Positions 39,861 to 50,110 are shown, numbered from the stretch's first letter. The stretch is DNA of 64,000 bases from Gloeobacterales cyanobacterium (GCA_038245785.1 JBBRSB010000027.1:1-64000); one strand, 5' to 3'. Translations and numbers: made by a program. Notes: generated from the letters alone by a model not told the origin.

Positions 39861-40052
39861 AATTGTGCTGAGTATCGTAGCACGGCCATAAAAAAGCGAA
39901 TGCCAAAAAATATTGAGAATTCGATCTTTATCACCTATTAGGGGCTAGTTTGGCGAAAATTGGGCCTGAATAGGTAACCAGTTTGCATAGGTTAATCCGA
40001 TACCTTTATTCACTATAGATGCTGATCTTAATTTGTTCTTAGGCTGTCTTGT

Positions 40053-40901
40053 CTAAGTGACTTTATCTATCTGAAACTTACCGTCACTGGTAATCAACCA
40101 TTCCTCTAATTCAAATCGAAAACAGACCTTGTTATCCTGTCCCAGGCAAATGATATCTCCTGGTTTTAGTTGGCATCCAGGAGGCAACCCTGGATCGATC
40201 GGTTTCCCATTGAGATAAGTACCGTTACTGCTACCAGCATCCTCCAAAAAATAGGATTTGCCTTTGACGGTGAGGAGGGCATGAACCCGAGAAACAATAC
40301 TGCAAGAGGGTAGATAAGAAACATCTATATCAGGAGGATGTCTTTCATTGGGTCTACCGATATAGACTACAGACTTTCCAAGCGCAACTCTTAAGCGTTC
40401 ATTGGTTTCTATATGGACCAAAACTGCTTGAGTTTGCTGCCGCACCGTACTGGAAGAATTAGATAATCCTTGAACTTGGGTCGACAGAGGTTTAGCTATT
40501 TCCTGCTGAATAAAGGGCGTATCTTTTTGCCTCAGCTCAATCTGTTTTCTTCGAAAAACTGTTAAGAAGTTACTCTTTGTGACCTTTTCTCCAAGGGCAT
40601 CAGAGAGTATCTGCCATACTTTAGCGCCAATCGTTTTAATATATTCATCATCGTAGCCAGCTTTTTCTGCAATTTCGGAATAGGATTTACTCTCCCAACA
40701 CTGACGGAATACAAGCTCTTGAATATTGGTCAGCTTAGCTGGAGTTAGCACTGTATCAATGATGCTCAGTGCCTGCTCAATCGTCATACTACTTAGATAT
40801 CTTGACTCCATAAGTACGGAAAGCTCTATAGTGAGACCTTGATACATCCCAATCTCTTCATTGGCTGAATAAATACACAATAATTCACTGACGATCCACA
40901 A
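40053..40901 (-). CDS. HTH + FHA domain protein
   Basis: N-terminal LT..QE.VF...W...SY.EIA...GY...YIK..G..W..LS..LGEKVTK.N; C-terminal IGRPN..VSRVHA..LEDAGSSNGTYLNG; true start probably about 40784. Confidence 0.82.
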   Translation of the reverse strand: MWIVSELLCIYSANEEIGMYQGLTIELSVLMESRYLSSMTIEQALSIIDTVLTPAKLTNIQELVFRQCWESKSYSEIAEKAGYDDEYIKTIGAKVWQILSDALGEKVTKSNFLTVFRRKQIELRQKDTPFIQQEIAKPLSTQVQGLSNSSSTVRQQTQAVLVHIETNERLRVALGKSVVYIGRPNERHPPDIDVSYLPSCSIVSRVHALLTVKGKSYFLEDAGSSNGTYLNGKPIDPGLPPGCQLKPGDIICLGQDNKVCFRFELEEWLITSDGKFQIDKVT

Positions 40902-42729
40902 AGATAATATTCAGCGGACTTAAAGCATAAAAAGCAGGCAAGTCTCCTGCCGGAAGAACTGTAATTCTAAAAGGATAATTACCTCCTATACTTGGATTGC
41001 GAATACCCTGCACCTCAACGGTCATCGAACTGCCTGGAGAAACCGCATCTTTGAGTTTGATATCAAATTCTTGGCCATTCAAATCGACTTTCTGCAGTTT
41101 AATTGGGTTGTTATTGGCTAAGACTCTGATGCTGCCTGCACTAGGAGGTGCAATACTTGCTGGAAATTCTAACAATATCTGTCCAATGCCTCTATTCGCC
41201 TCGCGGGGTAAATCGACGGTAAAGCGATAGGTGGCATTGAGGCTACGAGCTACCCGTAGAGAAGAAGTTGCTCCCGTAGCATGAGGAATTCCTTCAATAT
41301 TAAAGAAGGTCGGAATCTGCAGATCAAAAGGTTCATCAGGTTCTATCGCAGCTTGAGCAATTGTCAAGTCTTCCATCGCCTCTGCTTTGCTATTCCCATC
41401 ATCCGCTACACTTTTTAACTGATAAGGACGTCCAGGGATGAGGTCAGCCGTTTCCTGCCCGGAAAGTCCTCCTTGAAAGAGGACATTCCCTTTAGCCATC
41501 AGCGTAATCGTCTTGAATAATGCCTCCTTGTCTAAAAGTTGCGTGCTGATTGCTACCTTCTCTGGCTGAGGAGCCGTAACCATCATTTCCACATTTAAAG
41601 ATTGGCCTGGAATAATTTGGTCACTGGTTTGGTCTGAAAAAGCAATTTGGACCGGAATAGAAGATTGGGTTGCGATAGGTTCAGGTAAAGCTTCTACAGG
41701 TTTTTCACCCGTTGGCTTATTCTTAAGAATAGACTGATTCACGGGTTCTACAACTGGTATTTTTGGCTCAGGAACAGATGGTTTTGCTAAAGGTTGTTCC
41801 TGGGTGCTTTGAGAAAGTATTGGATTAGTATCAGGAGCAGATTCAGCTGAGGTCGTTTTAGCTGACGGTTCTTGCGGAGTTTTAACAGTTGGCTTGGATT
41901 TAGTGTTAGAGGGCTTTTCTAGCCCTTGCTTTGCCTGTGCAGGCTTAACCGCAACAGGTATAGGCACTACTTGCACTGCTTGGCGGATGGTACTGAATAG
42001 CTCACCATCACTGGCAATAGTCCGCAAACTATAACGAACTTTCGGATTGAGTCTACTCGTAACGTCAGGCCCGAAGGTGGCGGTGTACAGGCTAGCCCCT
42101 TTCGATCGGATTGCGACGAGAACTTTTTCCCCTTCTAAAAGCTGGATGGTCGCCTGGGTTTTAGCGGGTGTTTTGTCTTTTACCCGTACCGCTACTTTCA
42201 GCGGTTGATTGATCTGTATTTTTTGACTGGTGCTGCGTTCAAACTGGAGGCGAGGCGCTTTATTGGCTGGTGGAACAGCCTGGGTTGCCGGAGTGGAGGG
42301 TTTACTGGCTACCGCAGGGTTGGTTGGCTCCATGGCATATACCTGGACCTTTTTGAAGTAGTCTGCCAGCGTCATCTTCCCGGTTGCCATGGAAATCAAC
42401 AGCGGTGCAGAAATATCGGTGCCCCAAGGCTTAGACTGTATCCCCAGATTGCCTCGGAATAGAGGTTGATAACGGAGGACGATCAGAGCTGCCTGGGTAG
42501 AAGTTTTTTTAAACAGCGGTCCGCTCTCTGGCCCTCCTTTTTGGGCTTGGAGTAACCAGCGTCGTTCTTGCTCTGTCAGGAGACGGTAGGGACCATAGAC
42601 CGCCAAGCGACCATCACTATTTAAAGATTCGGTAATGCTCTGAGGACTAACTCCAGCATGGACCGGAAAAGCCCCAACCAAGACGAAACCAAGGCAGAGG
42701 CTAAGGGAGAAGGTTTTAGAACAGAACAT
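40885..42729 (-). CDS. Secreted DUF2808-domain protein
   Basis: Signal peptide; C-terminal ATYRFTV.LP..V.PG...TV....IRNP..GG.Y.F; N-terminal domain shared with 42740-44842. Confidence 0.7.
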   Translation of the reverse strand: MFCSKTFSLSLCLGFVLVGAFPVHAGVSPQSITESLNSDGRLAVYGPYRLLTEQERRWLLQAQKGGPESGPLFKKTSTQAALIVLRYQPLFRGNLGIQSKPWGTDISAPLLISMATGKMTLADYFKKVQVYAMEPTNPAVASKPSTPATQAVPPANKAPRLQFERSTSQKIQINQPLKVAVRVKDKTPAKTQATIQLLEGEKVLVAIRSKGASLYTATFGPDVTSRLNPKVRYSLRTIASDGELFSTIRQAVQVVPIPVAVKPAQAKQGLEKPSNTKSKPTVKTPQEPSAKTTSAESAPDTNPILSQSTQEQPLAKPSVPEPKIPVVEPVNQSILKNKPTGEKPVEALPEPIATQSSIPVQIAFSDQTSDQIIPGQSLNVEMMVTAPQPEKVAISTQLLDKEALFKTITLMAKGNVLFQGGLSGQETADLIPGRPYQLKSVADDGNSKAEAMEDLTIAQAAIEPDEPFDLQIPTFFNIEGIPHATGATSSLRVARSLNATYRFTVDLPREANRGIGQILLEFPASIAPPSAGSIRVLANNNPIKLQKVDLNGQEFDIKLKDAVSPGSSMTVEVQGIRNPSIGGNYPFRITVLPAGDLPAFYALSPLNIIFVDRQ

Positions 42730-42739
42730 GGTGATGACC

Positions 42740-44842
42740 TTATCTGCGGTTTACTTCTTGAAAACTCATCCTGCCAAAACCAACAAATTGCTTGACTGGT
42801 TTGCTGCCGATGGGAAAGGCATTAATTTCAAAGAGATAGGTTCCTGCCTGACCGGGATTGCGGATTGGCTTGAAATCTACTGCCACGGTTTGATTGGGCT
42901 GTATCGGTTGGTCAAAGTTTATAACGACGGTTCGACCCTCCAAGGTGACCTGAGCGGGGAGGACGCGTGCAGGAAGAAAGGCGCCGTCACTATCTGGATT
43001 GGAAGGAATATATGCTTTTACATCTCCTGGATTGGGGACATTTGCTCCAAACGCTCCAAAGTTATCAGGAATATTAATCGTAAGACGGGCCAAGGGCTGA
43101 TTGGCTTCAGGGGGAATTTTGATACCAAATTGGTAGGTGGAAGGATAGTAGTCTACGATTCTGTATAAGTTATTTGATTTTTTGAGCTGTAGGGCTGTGG
43201 CAAAAGCGGTGGGCAGTTCATAGAAAGCAGGTAAATCGCCTGCGGGAAGCACGGTAACCGCAATACTATTAGCACTGCCCGATGAGGCTGCTTTACGAAT
43301 CTCAGGGATTTTGACAGTTACTTCTGTGCCCGCAGGAACTGGCTTTTCAAAGGTGATGTCATAGGTTTTCCCCTTTAACTCCGCACTTTTAACAGGGATG
43401 GACGTATTGTTCATTGCAAGCAGTACCTGGTCGGAACTAGGCGGTGTAAACCCTTCAGGGAAGTCCACGAGAATTTGGCCCATATCTTTCCCCGCTCCTT
43501 TTGGAAGAGCGACGGTGAACTGATAGGTAGCACTGGGATTGGCCGGGTCGCCTCCGGGGGTCCAGCTGGTTTGTGAAACCTTGAGATTGGTGCCCGGATT
43601 AAAAAAGGTTGGAACTTGCAAGTTGAAGCCAGCATCCTCCGTAGCGACCTTGGCCACAATCAGGTCTTCCAGGGCCTCTGCGCTTTCTTTACCCTCTGCC
43701 AAGCCTTTCAACTGATAGGAGCGGCCTGGAGTGAGATCAGCAGTTGTCTGTTCTGGAAACGTTCCTTGGAAGATGCCTTGACTTTGATAGGTAAGGGGCA
43801 GCGTGGCGACGACTTTATCCTTATCTAAAAGCTGTACCGTAACTTTGACATTTTCTGGCTGGGGAGCGGTGACGAGCGTCTCTATCTTCAGCGCTTCTCC
43901 TGGAATAATTTGTTCACTGGTCTGTTCAGAAAAAGCAATCTGGGTAGGAGTACTGGATGTAGTTGGCTGCGTCGCTACAGGTTCTTGAGTTTCAGGTGGT
44001 TTAGACGATACTTCCGGTTTGGGTTTCTTCGGTGGTACGGTAACTGGAAGCTTACTCGCAGGCTGGACAGGTTGAATCACCTGAAGCCCTTGACGGACAT
44101 TCCCAAAAAGTTCACCATCACTGACAATTGTTCGCAGACTATAACGAGCTTTTGGATTCAGCCTTTTGCTTATTTCAGGCCCAAATTTAACAACGTATAG
44201 ATTGGATTGTTTTTGAAAAACTGGCTTCACCGCCACGAATACTTTATCGCCTTCTAGCAGTTGAACAATGGCCTGTATTTTCGTAGGTGTTTCATCTTTG
44301 ACCCGAAAAGCGACCGTTATCGGCTGTCCCGACTGCACCTGTTGACTGGTACTACGATCGAACTGTGGACGCGGAGCTTTATTGGGCGGCGGTGTTGGTG
44401 GCGTAGTCGTTTTAGGCGTAACGTCTTTGGATGCAACGGGCTCGGTGGCATTGATTGATATTTTCTTGAAATAATCAGCAAGGGTTATCTTGCCTGTTGC
44501 CATGGACAACAATACAGCGGTAGAAATATCTGCTGCCCAAGGTTTAGATTGAATACCAAGATTGCCCTGGAAATCAGGACGAAAACGCAACACGATCAAC
44601 GCCGCTTGAGTCGATGTTTTTTGAAAAAATGGCTTACTTTCTGGTCCCCCTTTCTCTGCGAACAGGAGCCAGCGCTGTTCTTGTTCGGTCTGTAAACGAT
44701 AAGGGCCAAAGGTTTTTAGTCGGCCATCACTATTGAGGGTATCGGTGATCGCCCTGGGGCTAGTTCCTGCTTGGGCAGGGGTTAAAGTACCTATGCTTAA
44801 ACCGAGCAAAAGGCATAGTAGCAGTGGCTTATTTGAGTGCAT
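42740..44842 (-). CDS. Secreted protein with tandem DUF2808-like domains
   Basis: Signal peptide from MHSNKP; FDQPIQP.QTV.V...PIRNP..AGTYLF..AFP.G..F.G.GR.F. Confidence 0.75.
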   Translation of the reverse strand: MHSNKPLLLCLLLGLSIGTLTPAQAGTSPRAITDTLNSDGRLKTFGPYRLQTEQEQRWLLFAEKGGPESKPFFQKTSTQAALIVLRFRPDFQGNLGIQSKPWAADISTAVLLSMATGKITLADYFKKISINATEPVASKDVTPKTTTPPTPPPNKAPRPQFDRSTSQQVQSGQPITVAFRVKDETPTKIQAIVQLLEGDKVFVAVKPVFQKQSNLYVVKFGPEISKRLNPKARYSLRTIVSDGELFGNVRQGLQVIQPVQPASKLPVTVPPKKPKPEVSSKPPETQEPVATQPTTSSTPTQIAFSEQTSEQIIPGEALKIETLVTAPQPENVKVTVQLLDKDKVVATLPLTYQSQGIFQGTFPEQTTADLTPGRSYQLKGLAEGKESAEALEDLIVAKVATEDAGFNLQVPTFFNPGTNLKVSQTSWTPGGDPANPSATYQFTVALPKGAGKDMGQILVDFPEGFTPPSSDQVLLAMNNTSIPVKSAELKGKTYDITFEKPVPAGTEVTVKIPEIRKAASSGSANSIAVTVLPAGDLPAFYELPTAFATALQLKKSNNLYRIVDYYPSTYQFGIKIPPEANQPLARLTINIPDNFGAFGANVPNPGDVKAYIPSNPDSDGAFLPARVLPAQVTLEGRTVVINFDQPIQPNQTVAVDFKPIRNPGQAGTYLFEINAFPIGSKPVKQFVGFGRMSFQEVNRR

Positions 44843-47276
44843 TGTTCCATTCTTTAATGAGTTTTTCTGATTCAGGATAACGCTTAGCTTCAGGAGGAAC
44901 TTGGGTGGCGGTAGCCACCGCTTGACGTAACAAAGTAGCATCTTCATTCAACATGCCAAGGTTGCCATTTGAGGTGGCTCCCTGCAGCAGTTCATCAGCC
45001 CAAGTGTCACTAACTTTTTGCAGTAATTGCTTGGCCTGAGTCGTTTCAGGTGCTTTGGGAGCCAAGGAAAGCAAGCGTTTGATATCCTCATAGCTTTCTT
45101 TCCACTGCTGCTGTTGTGCATGGTCCTGAGCCAATACAAACTGGCCAGTACTGCATTGCTTCACCAAAACCTGTAAGGGGTCTTCGATATTTTTAGGAAC
45201 CGTCAGTCCTTGCAATTGATTGATTTGTTGCAAGCAATCTCCCCAGCGTTTCTCTTTGGCTGCTTGTTGCGTATCTTCAAGCAATTTCCTTGCTAAGGGG
45301 TCGGAGCCTCCTTTGTCGACAATAGCTGGGGGAGCGTTGAATTGGGGCAGAACAAAAACTGCGGTTGCCAGGGCCAGGGCCACGAATGCACCCCCGATCC
45401 ACAGTCCAATGGAGGGTTGAGGCTTGGTGAAGGTATCCTGAGCAGGCGAAGAGGGTTGAAACTCTGTGCGGTCTAGGGTTGTAGATACAGACCGACCTTC
45501 CTCCACATAGGTTTGGGCTCGCTGCTGGGCCAGCTCCGCTTTCCATGCTGCCTGTTTGTTTTGCGCTTCAGATTCAAACACGGTCCCAGAAACTACGGTG
45601 GCTGCTCGACTAATCGCTTCATCATACTTTTTCTCAGCAGCTAGTCTTTCAGCTTGCTCCAAGGCTTGCTTGGCCTGGATTTCTTTCAGCCACAGGGGTC
45701 TACGTTGTAAAGCCCGTGGCTGACTCACCGTTCCCGCCGGAATGCTTGCCAACTGTTTGACCGCTTGTTCCCAACGCCGCTCTGCTGCCAGAGATTCTGC
45801 CCTGCGCAAAATATCAGCTGCTTGTTGTTCCTTTTTCCACTGGGATATCAGCGGGTTCAAACGCTGACTGACTCCCGGCAGCTTGTTAATCAGTTCCGCT
45901 CTCTGTAGCGCTTCAGACCATTTCTCTCCGCGCGCTAAATCTTCCGCCGATTCCAGGACTTTTTCGATCCAGCGTTGGGATTCTGGTTGGGCCGTACTGT
46001 ACACCACAGAGTTGGAAGGAATCGTTCCGACGGTGGATACAGCCCGGACCAAACTGCTGATTTCTCCTTCTTGAGCCATCTGGCGAGCCTGTTCTAAAAC
46101 CCGCTGGTACTCAGCTTCTAGCTGCCAGCTTTTCAAGAAGTTCTGGGCTTCCGCATAGACCGGAGAGCTATAGCTAATGTGCTGAACCAGGGAGCTAGCT
46201 TCAGCCCAGCGACCTTGAGCGGTCAATTGGAGGGCACTGTTCAGAACTTGTTGGTCCTGCTGCCGGAGACTGTCTTCCTGGAGGCGTCGTACCGCTCGTT
46301 CTAACTGCTGGCTGATTTCGACACTGCTCTTTGGACGGTCTTGGGGATTTTTCTCAAGACACTTGAGGATAACGTGCTCTATCTCAGCGGGTACCGGGCG
46401 GTCGGGATTAGCTTGTGCCATCGGTCGCGGAGACTGCTCATTGTGCGCCCGATACCAGGAGGCAAAGGAATCATCTTCCACCGCAAAAGGCTTAGCTCCA
46501 GAAAACAACTCATATAGAATCAGCCCCAAACTATAGAGGTCCGAACGCAGGTCTATCTCCCTACCCTGCAGTTGCTCTGGAGAAGAATAGCGTGGAGTGC
46601 CCATGTAGCCCTGGGTCAAAGGTCCTGTCTGCGCTAGAGCTGCATCCCGCAAAAATTTGGCAATACCGAAATCCAAAATCTTCACCCGCTCTCCCCGTTG
46701 CGCATCGGGGATGAGATAGATATTGCTCGGTTTCAGGTCACGATGAATAACACCCTGTTCATGGGCTACCTGGAGCCCTTCGCAGAGTTGCTGCACGATG
46801 GAGACTATTTGTTCTAGTTCCAGGTGGGCATCGGGTCGAATCAATTCTTCCAAATCGCGGCCCTGGAGAAATTCCATGGCGTAGTAAGGAAGGTCTAGCT
46901 CATCGAGAATGCCATAGTCGCGGATTTGGACAATATTGGGGCTGCGGTCTCCTAGGCGGGCACAAATCGAGGCTTCATCTCGGAACCGCTGACGCAAAGC
47001 ATCATTATCGACACAGCTCTGGGCCAGTAGTTTGATTGCCACCACCAAGTCAGGAATCTCTGTGTGCACCCCTTTGTAGACAGAACCCATGCCGCCTGCA
47101 CCAATCTTTTCAACGAGTTGGTAGCGACCAACCGTACGGTTGAGGAAAGTATCGCGACGGGTATAGGGTTGAGACACAGGTGGAAACAGAAAAAGTGAAT
47201 AATTGTTTTGTCCACAATATGGCATATTTCCAGGAAATAGTGGATATTCAGTTACCGTAAGTAGCAATAACATCAC
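44829..47276 (-). CDS. Transmembrane Ser/Thr protein kinase with helical (TPR-like) repeats
   Basis: IGAGGMGSVY, VAIK, HRDLKPSN, DFG, GTPRYSSPEQ; helical repeats; TM WIGGAFVALALATAVFV; start uncertain. Confidence 0.92.
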   Translation of the reverse strand: MMLLLLTVTEYPLFPGNMPYCGQNNYSLFLFPPVSQPYTRRDTFLNRTVGRYQLVEKIGAGGMGSVYKGVHTEIPDLVVAIKLLAQSCVDNDALRQRFRDEASICARLGDRSPNIVQIRDYGILDELDLPYYAMEFLQGRDLEELIRPDAHLELEQIVSIVQQLCEGLQVAHEQGVIHRDLKPSNIYLIPDAQRGERVKILDFGIAKFLRDAALAQTGPLTQGYMGTPRYSSPEQLQGREIDLRSDLYSLGLILYELFSGAKPFAVEDDSFASWYRAHNEQSPRPMAQANPDRPVPAEIEHVILKCLEKNPQDRPKSSVEISQQLERAVRRLQEDSLRQQDQQVLNSALQLTAQGRWAEASSLVQHISYSSPVYAEAQNFLKSWQLEAEYQRVLEQARQMAQEGEISSLVRAVSTVGTIPSNSVVYSTAQPESQRWIEKVLESAEDLARGEKWSEALQRAELINKLPGVSQRLNPLISQWKKEQQAADILRRAESLAAERRWEQAVKQLASIPAGTVSQPRALQRRPLWLKEIQAKQALEQAERLAAEKKYDEAISRAATVVSGTVFESEAQNKQAAWKAELAQQRAQTYVEEGRSVSTTLDRTEFQPSSPAQDTFTKPQPSIGLWIGGAFVALALATAVFVLPQFNAPPAIVDKGGSDPLARKLLEDTQQAAKEKRWGDCLQQINQLQGLTVPKNIEDPLQVLVKQCSTGQFVLAQDHAQQQQWKESYEDIKRLLSLAPKAPETTQAKQLLQKVSDTWADELLQGATSNGNLGMLNEDATLLRQAVATATQVPPEAKRYPESEKLIKEWNNALK

Positions 47277-47427
47277 AAATCTATAGAGTGGTTAGGTTGA
47301 AGTACAGAGCTCAAGCGTATGAACAGCCCTAAGCATCTTGTCAATGGACAATCTTTCGGCTCGATTGGACATTTTTTCGATCGCTGTTTTTAGACCAGCC
47401 TGCTCGACGGTAATCCTTGGCGATAGA

Positions 47428-47470
47428 GTTACCCCTGTCAAGAATGTTTAGTTTCTCTGACATGGGTAAC
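47428..47470 (-). terminator. Stem-loop at end of acidic-ORF array
   Basis: GTTACCCCTGTCA ... TGACATGGGTAAC (12/13 paired) just downstream of the 47480 stop. Confidence 0.5.
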
Positions 47471-47479
47471 TGCTACGCT

Positions 47480-47668
47480 CTAATGAATACTATCAGGGCC
47501 TTCAGAATCTGATTCTTCTGGTAGTGCTAAAGGTGGGTCCAACGGTTCTATGAGGATCTGGTTTGGAGCAAGTGTCGCTTCTAGATTCCAGCCATTTTCC
47601 TCTTCCATTTGTTGTTGAAGATCTTGCCATTCTTGTTGTTGTTGAAAATCTGGCAGTCCGGGGTCCAT
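47480..47668 (-). CDS. Small acidic Gln-rich orphan (candidate cargo)
   Basis: CAAGGAGA RBS 6 nt before ATG; composition like neighbours. Confidence 0.65.
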   Translation of the reverse strand: MDPGLPDFQQQQEWQDLQQQMEEENGWNLEATLAPNQILIEPLDPPLALPEESDSEGPDSIH

Positions 47669-47829
47669 AGTTCATCTCCTTGTCATTGTTTATTGTGAAT
47701 AGACTCACGGTTTCTTTGACTATTAGAAAAGTAGTGACTTTAGACCTGGATACTGCTGCTAGTCACTATAATTCAAGAGTCTTTGACACTATCTGCATAA
47801 ATGTTGTTTGAAACACTGAAAACATGATT

Positions 47830-48234
47830 CTAAGCTGCTGGAGCAGTCATTGGCCCGCCGTGATTTTCATCCTCGGATTCATAATCACCCGAGTATGGAG
47901 GCTGGTATTCAGAATAATTTTCTGGAGTAGGTTCAAAAAGTTCAGGCTCTGGATTGTTATCTATCTCAGCTCTTAAACCAAAACTCGTTTCCAGTACTTC
48001 CTGATCTTCTCCATTTGGATAAGGAGGAGTTTCCTCTATAATCACATCTCCGTCAGCATCTAGAGGGAAATGGGGACTTTCCCCTTCTTCCATGATGATG
48101 TCTTCGTCAAGCAGAAAAGGGTCTTGATCCACATCTTCATGAGCGATAAGGCTATCTTCATCTTGTGTTTCTGTACTTGCTTCTTCAACGGGAACTTCAG
48201 AAGATTCTAAAGGCTCATACTCGTTTTCTTCCAT
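47830..48234 (-). CDS. Acidic low-complexity orphan (candidate cargo)
   Basis: CAAGGAGA RBS before MEENEY; Glu/Asp/Pro rich. Confidence 0.7.
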   Translation of the reverse strand: MEENEYEPLESSEVPVEEASTETQDEDSLIAHEDVDQDPFLLDEDIIMEEGESPHFPLDADGDVIIEETPPYPNGEDQEVLETSFGLRAEIDNNPEPELFEPTPENYSEYQPPYSGDYESEDENHGGPMTAPAA

Positions 48235-48436
48235 GGTGCTTCTCCTTGTAGTTAGTTGACGAACCAATGATTGTGTAGCCAGTGACTGCAATCTTTGTTT
48301 CTGTCCTACATACGTCGGAGGATATTAGATGGATCACTAAGGTGGGCAAAATTTTTTGAGCCCTTAAAATAAATAGAGCATTGTTGTTATAGCAATGCTC
48401 TGCACTGACCAGACGCCATAGAACGATGGACAGGGT

Positions 48437-49474
48437 CTATCCCATGTCAGTATCTTCTGGGGGCATGGGATAATCGCCCAAGGGATGCTGTTCTTGCTCT
48501 TGTATCTTTAGCCGTTCATCCCGTTCTCTTTGCCAATTAGGGTCATCATTGTCTGTATTAACGCCAACGCCTCCACTACTTGGCTGATAAAAAGAGCCCA
48601 CTGTGCTATCTAAGGCTGTATGAGCATCGCTTTCAGCATTATCTCGATGGGCGAGGTAGCTATTCATCATTTCAGTACTGGCCGATGCTGCTGCCTGATC
48701 CGAACCACGGATTAAGTTGCTATTACTATCCAAAGGGACTTCATCAAAAGCTTCTACGTGGGTATCGTCTGCCCCAAAGCCCACGGGATTGAAAACATTA
48801 ATGCTCTCAACAGGAGCATGGGGGTCTGCGGTATTACTCGTGTCGCGGAACATATGGGCGTTGCTGTAGCTGTCTTCGAGGGCATGGGTAGCCTGTCCCA
48901 GGTCGCGCATCTCTTGCGCTTGCAGATCTGCCTTCGAAACTCCATTCCAGTCATCTATTCCAGGGTCATCATGCAGATCTTCGATAGAGTCTTGGTTATC
49001 CTTCAAATTCGAGGCAGCTCGCCCTGTGAGTACACTACGCTGAATTCCCTGGTTAATCTCCTCGTGTGACAGAAATCCATCACGGTTGCTGTCCAGTTTA
49101 TCGAAGTTTTTGAGGGCGTCATGGTCTGCCTTCGCAGTCTCTAATTCATCTGTGACAAAGTTGCGAATATCTGCCAAATTCTGTTCACCAGATTTATTTG
49201 GATCAGCCATACTATGCTCTCGTTGGGCATCACGGGCCGCCCAATATGGCTTCCAGGTATCTCCCCCACCGAAAGTACTATCCTCACCAAAAAACTCGTT
49301 TACGATCGGGGCACCCGGACTGCGGTCAGCATATTTCTGACCTTCATCTAAAGCGGCATAAAACTGGTCAAAATTCATCCCATCTACTTGACCATCAACA
49401 GCTCTCGCGGCAAAGAGCTGTCGCGCCGCTTCTTGTGTAATTGCATGGTGACCAGCATCTTTCTTTTGGTCCAT
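48437..49474 (-). CDS. Putative Zn-dependent phospholipase C/P1 nuclease (HET-C-like) fold protein with EF-hand insertion; candidate effector
   Basis: HHAITQEA, YADR, EHSM, LGQATHALEDSYSNAH metal-ligand pattern; DSNRDGFLSHEE EF-hand. Confidence 0.6.
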   Translation of the reverse strand: MDQKKDAGHHAITQEAARQLFAARAVDGQVDGMNFDQFYAALDEGQKYADRSPGAPIVNEFFGEDSTFGGGDTWKPYWAARDAQREHSMADPNKSGEQNLADIRNFVTDELETAKADHDALKNFDKLDSNRDGFLSHEEINQGIQRSVLTGRAASNLKDNQDSIEDLHDDPGIDDWNGVSKADLQAQEMRDLGQATHALEDSYSNAHMFRDTSNTADPHAPVESINVFNPVGFGADDTHVEAFDEVPLDSNSNLIRGSDQAAASASTEMMNSYLAHRDNAESDAHTALDSTVGSFYQPSSGGVGVNTDNDDPNWQRERDERLKIQEQEQHPLGDYPMPPEDTDMG

Positions 49475-49526
49475 TTTTTGTAGAGCTCCTTGTTAGTATG
49501 TACAGAACATAGGTTCGCGGTTAAAA

Positions 49527-49961
49527 CTAAGCCCAAGTTGGATCTTCTGGTGGCATTGGATAATCCCCAGGCTCAGAAGGCGTCGAATCATCTGTCGGAA
49601 TTTCAGGATACTCTTCTGGCTGCGCATTCAGAATCACAGGTTTTCCTGTGAGCGGGTCATGAATAATCATCGGTGGCTGAGGGTGCATCTGTTCGTTGGC
49701 TTTCCGAATCGAGCGAGTAACCGGATCTTCTTCAGAAATTGTTGGAAGAGGATCGGGCTTCCACCATTCATGAGGTCCTTGCTCACCCCGACGTTGGGCT
49801 TCTCGTTTATCCTCTTCCTCTTGTTCCGCTCGTCGACGTTTTTCTGGATCGTCATAGCGGTCACTGGTGCTTCCCTTTGGCGTGACCCCAATCTGCCAAT
49901 CTCCCACAGTCACACCAAGACCCGTATCGTTTATTTCTAGTTCATCTTCGTCAGGATTCAT
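49527..49961 (-). CDS. Acidic Pro-rich orphan (candidate cargo)
   Basis: AAGGAG RBS; ends GDYPMPPEDPTWA. Confidence 0.7.
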   Translation of the reverse strand: MNPDEDELEINDTGLGVTVGDWQIGVTPKGSTSDRYDDPEKRRRAEQEEEDKREAQRRGEQGPHEWWKPDPLPTISEEDPVTRSIRKANEQMHPQPPMIIHDPLTGKPVILNAQPEEYPEIPTDDSTPSEPGDYPMPPEDPTWA

Positions 49962-50063
49962 TCTGTATCTCCTTTGACTTTTAAATAAATAATCAGGTGA
50001 TTTGAAACTTCCTCCCAGTAGTCACCCTCGATTTCATCATCCACAATCTAGCCATCGATTTCA

Positions 50064-50110
50064 GTAGGAAAAAGTGAGAACGTTCTCTTGCAAAGGTTTT
50101 AAAAAGTAAT
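50064..50110 (-). promoter_or_regulatory. Candidate operator pair upstream of 49961
   Basis: Minus strand ATTACTTTTTAAAAC (50096-50110) and CTCACTTTTTCCTAC (50064-50078). Confidence 0.5.
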
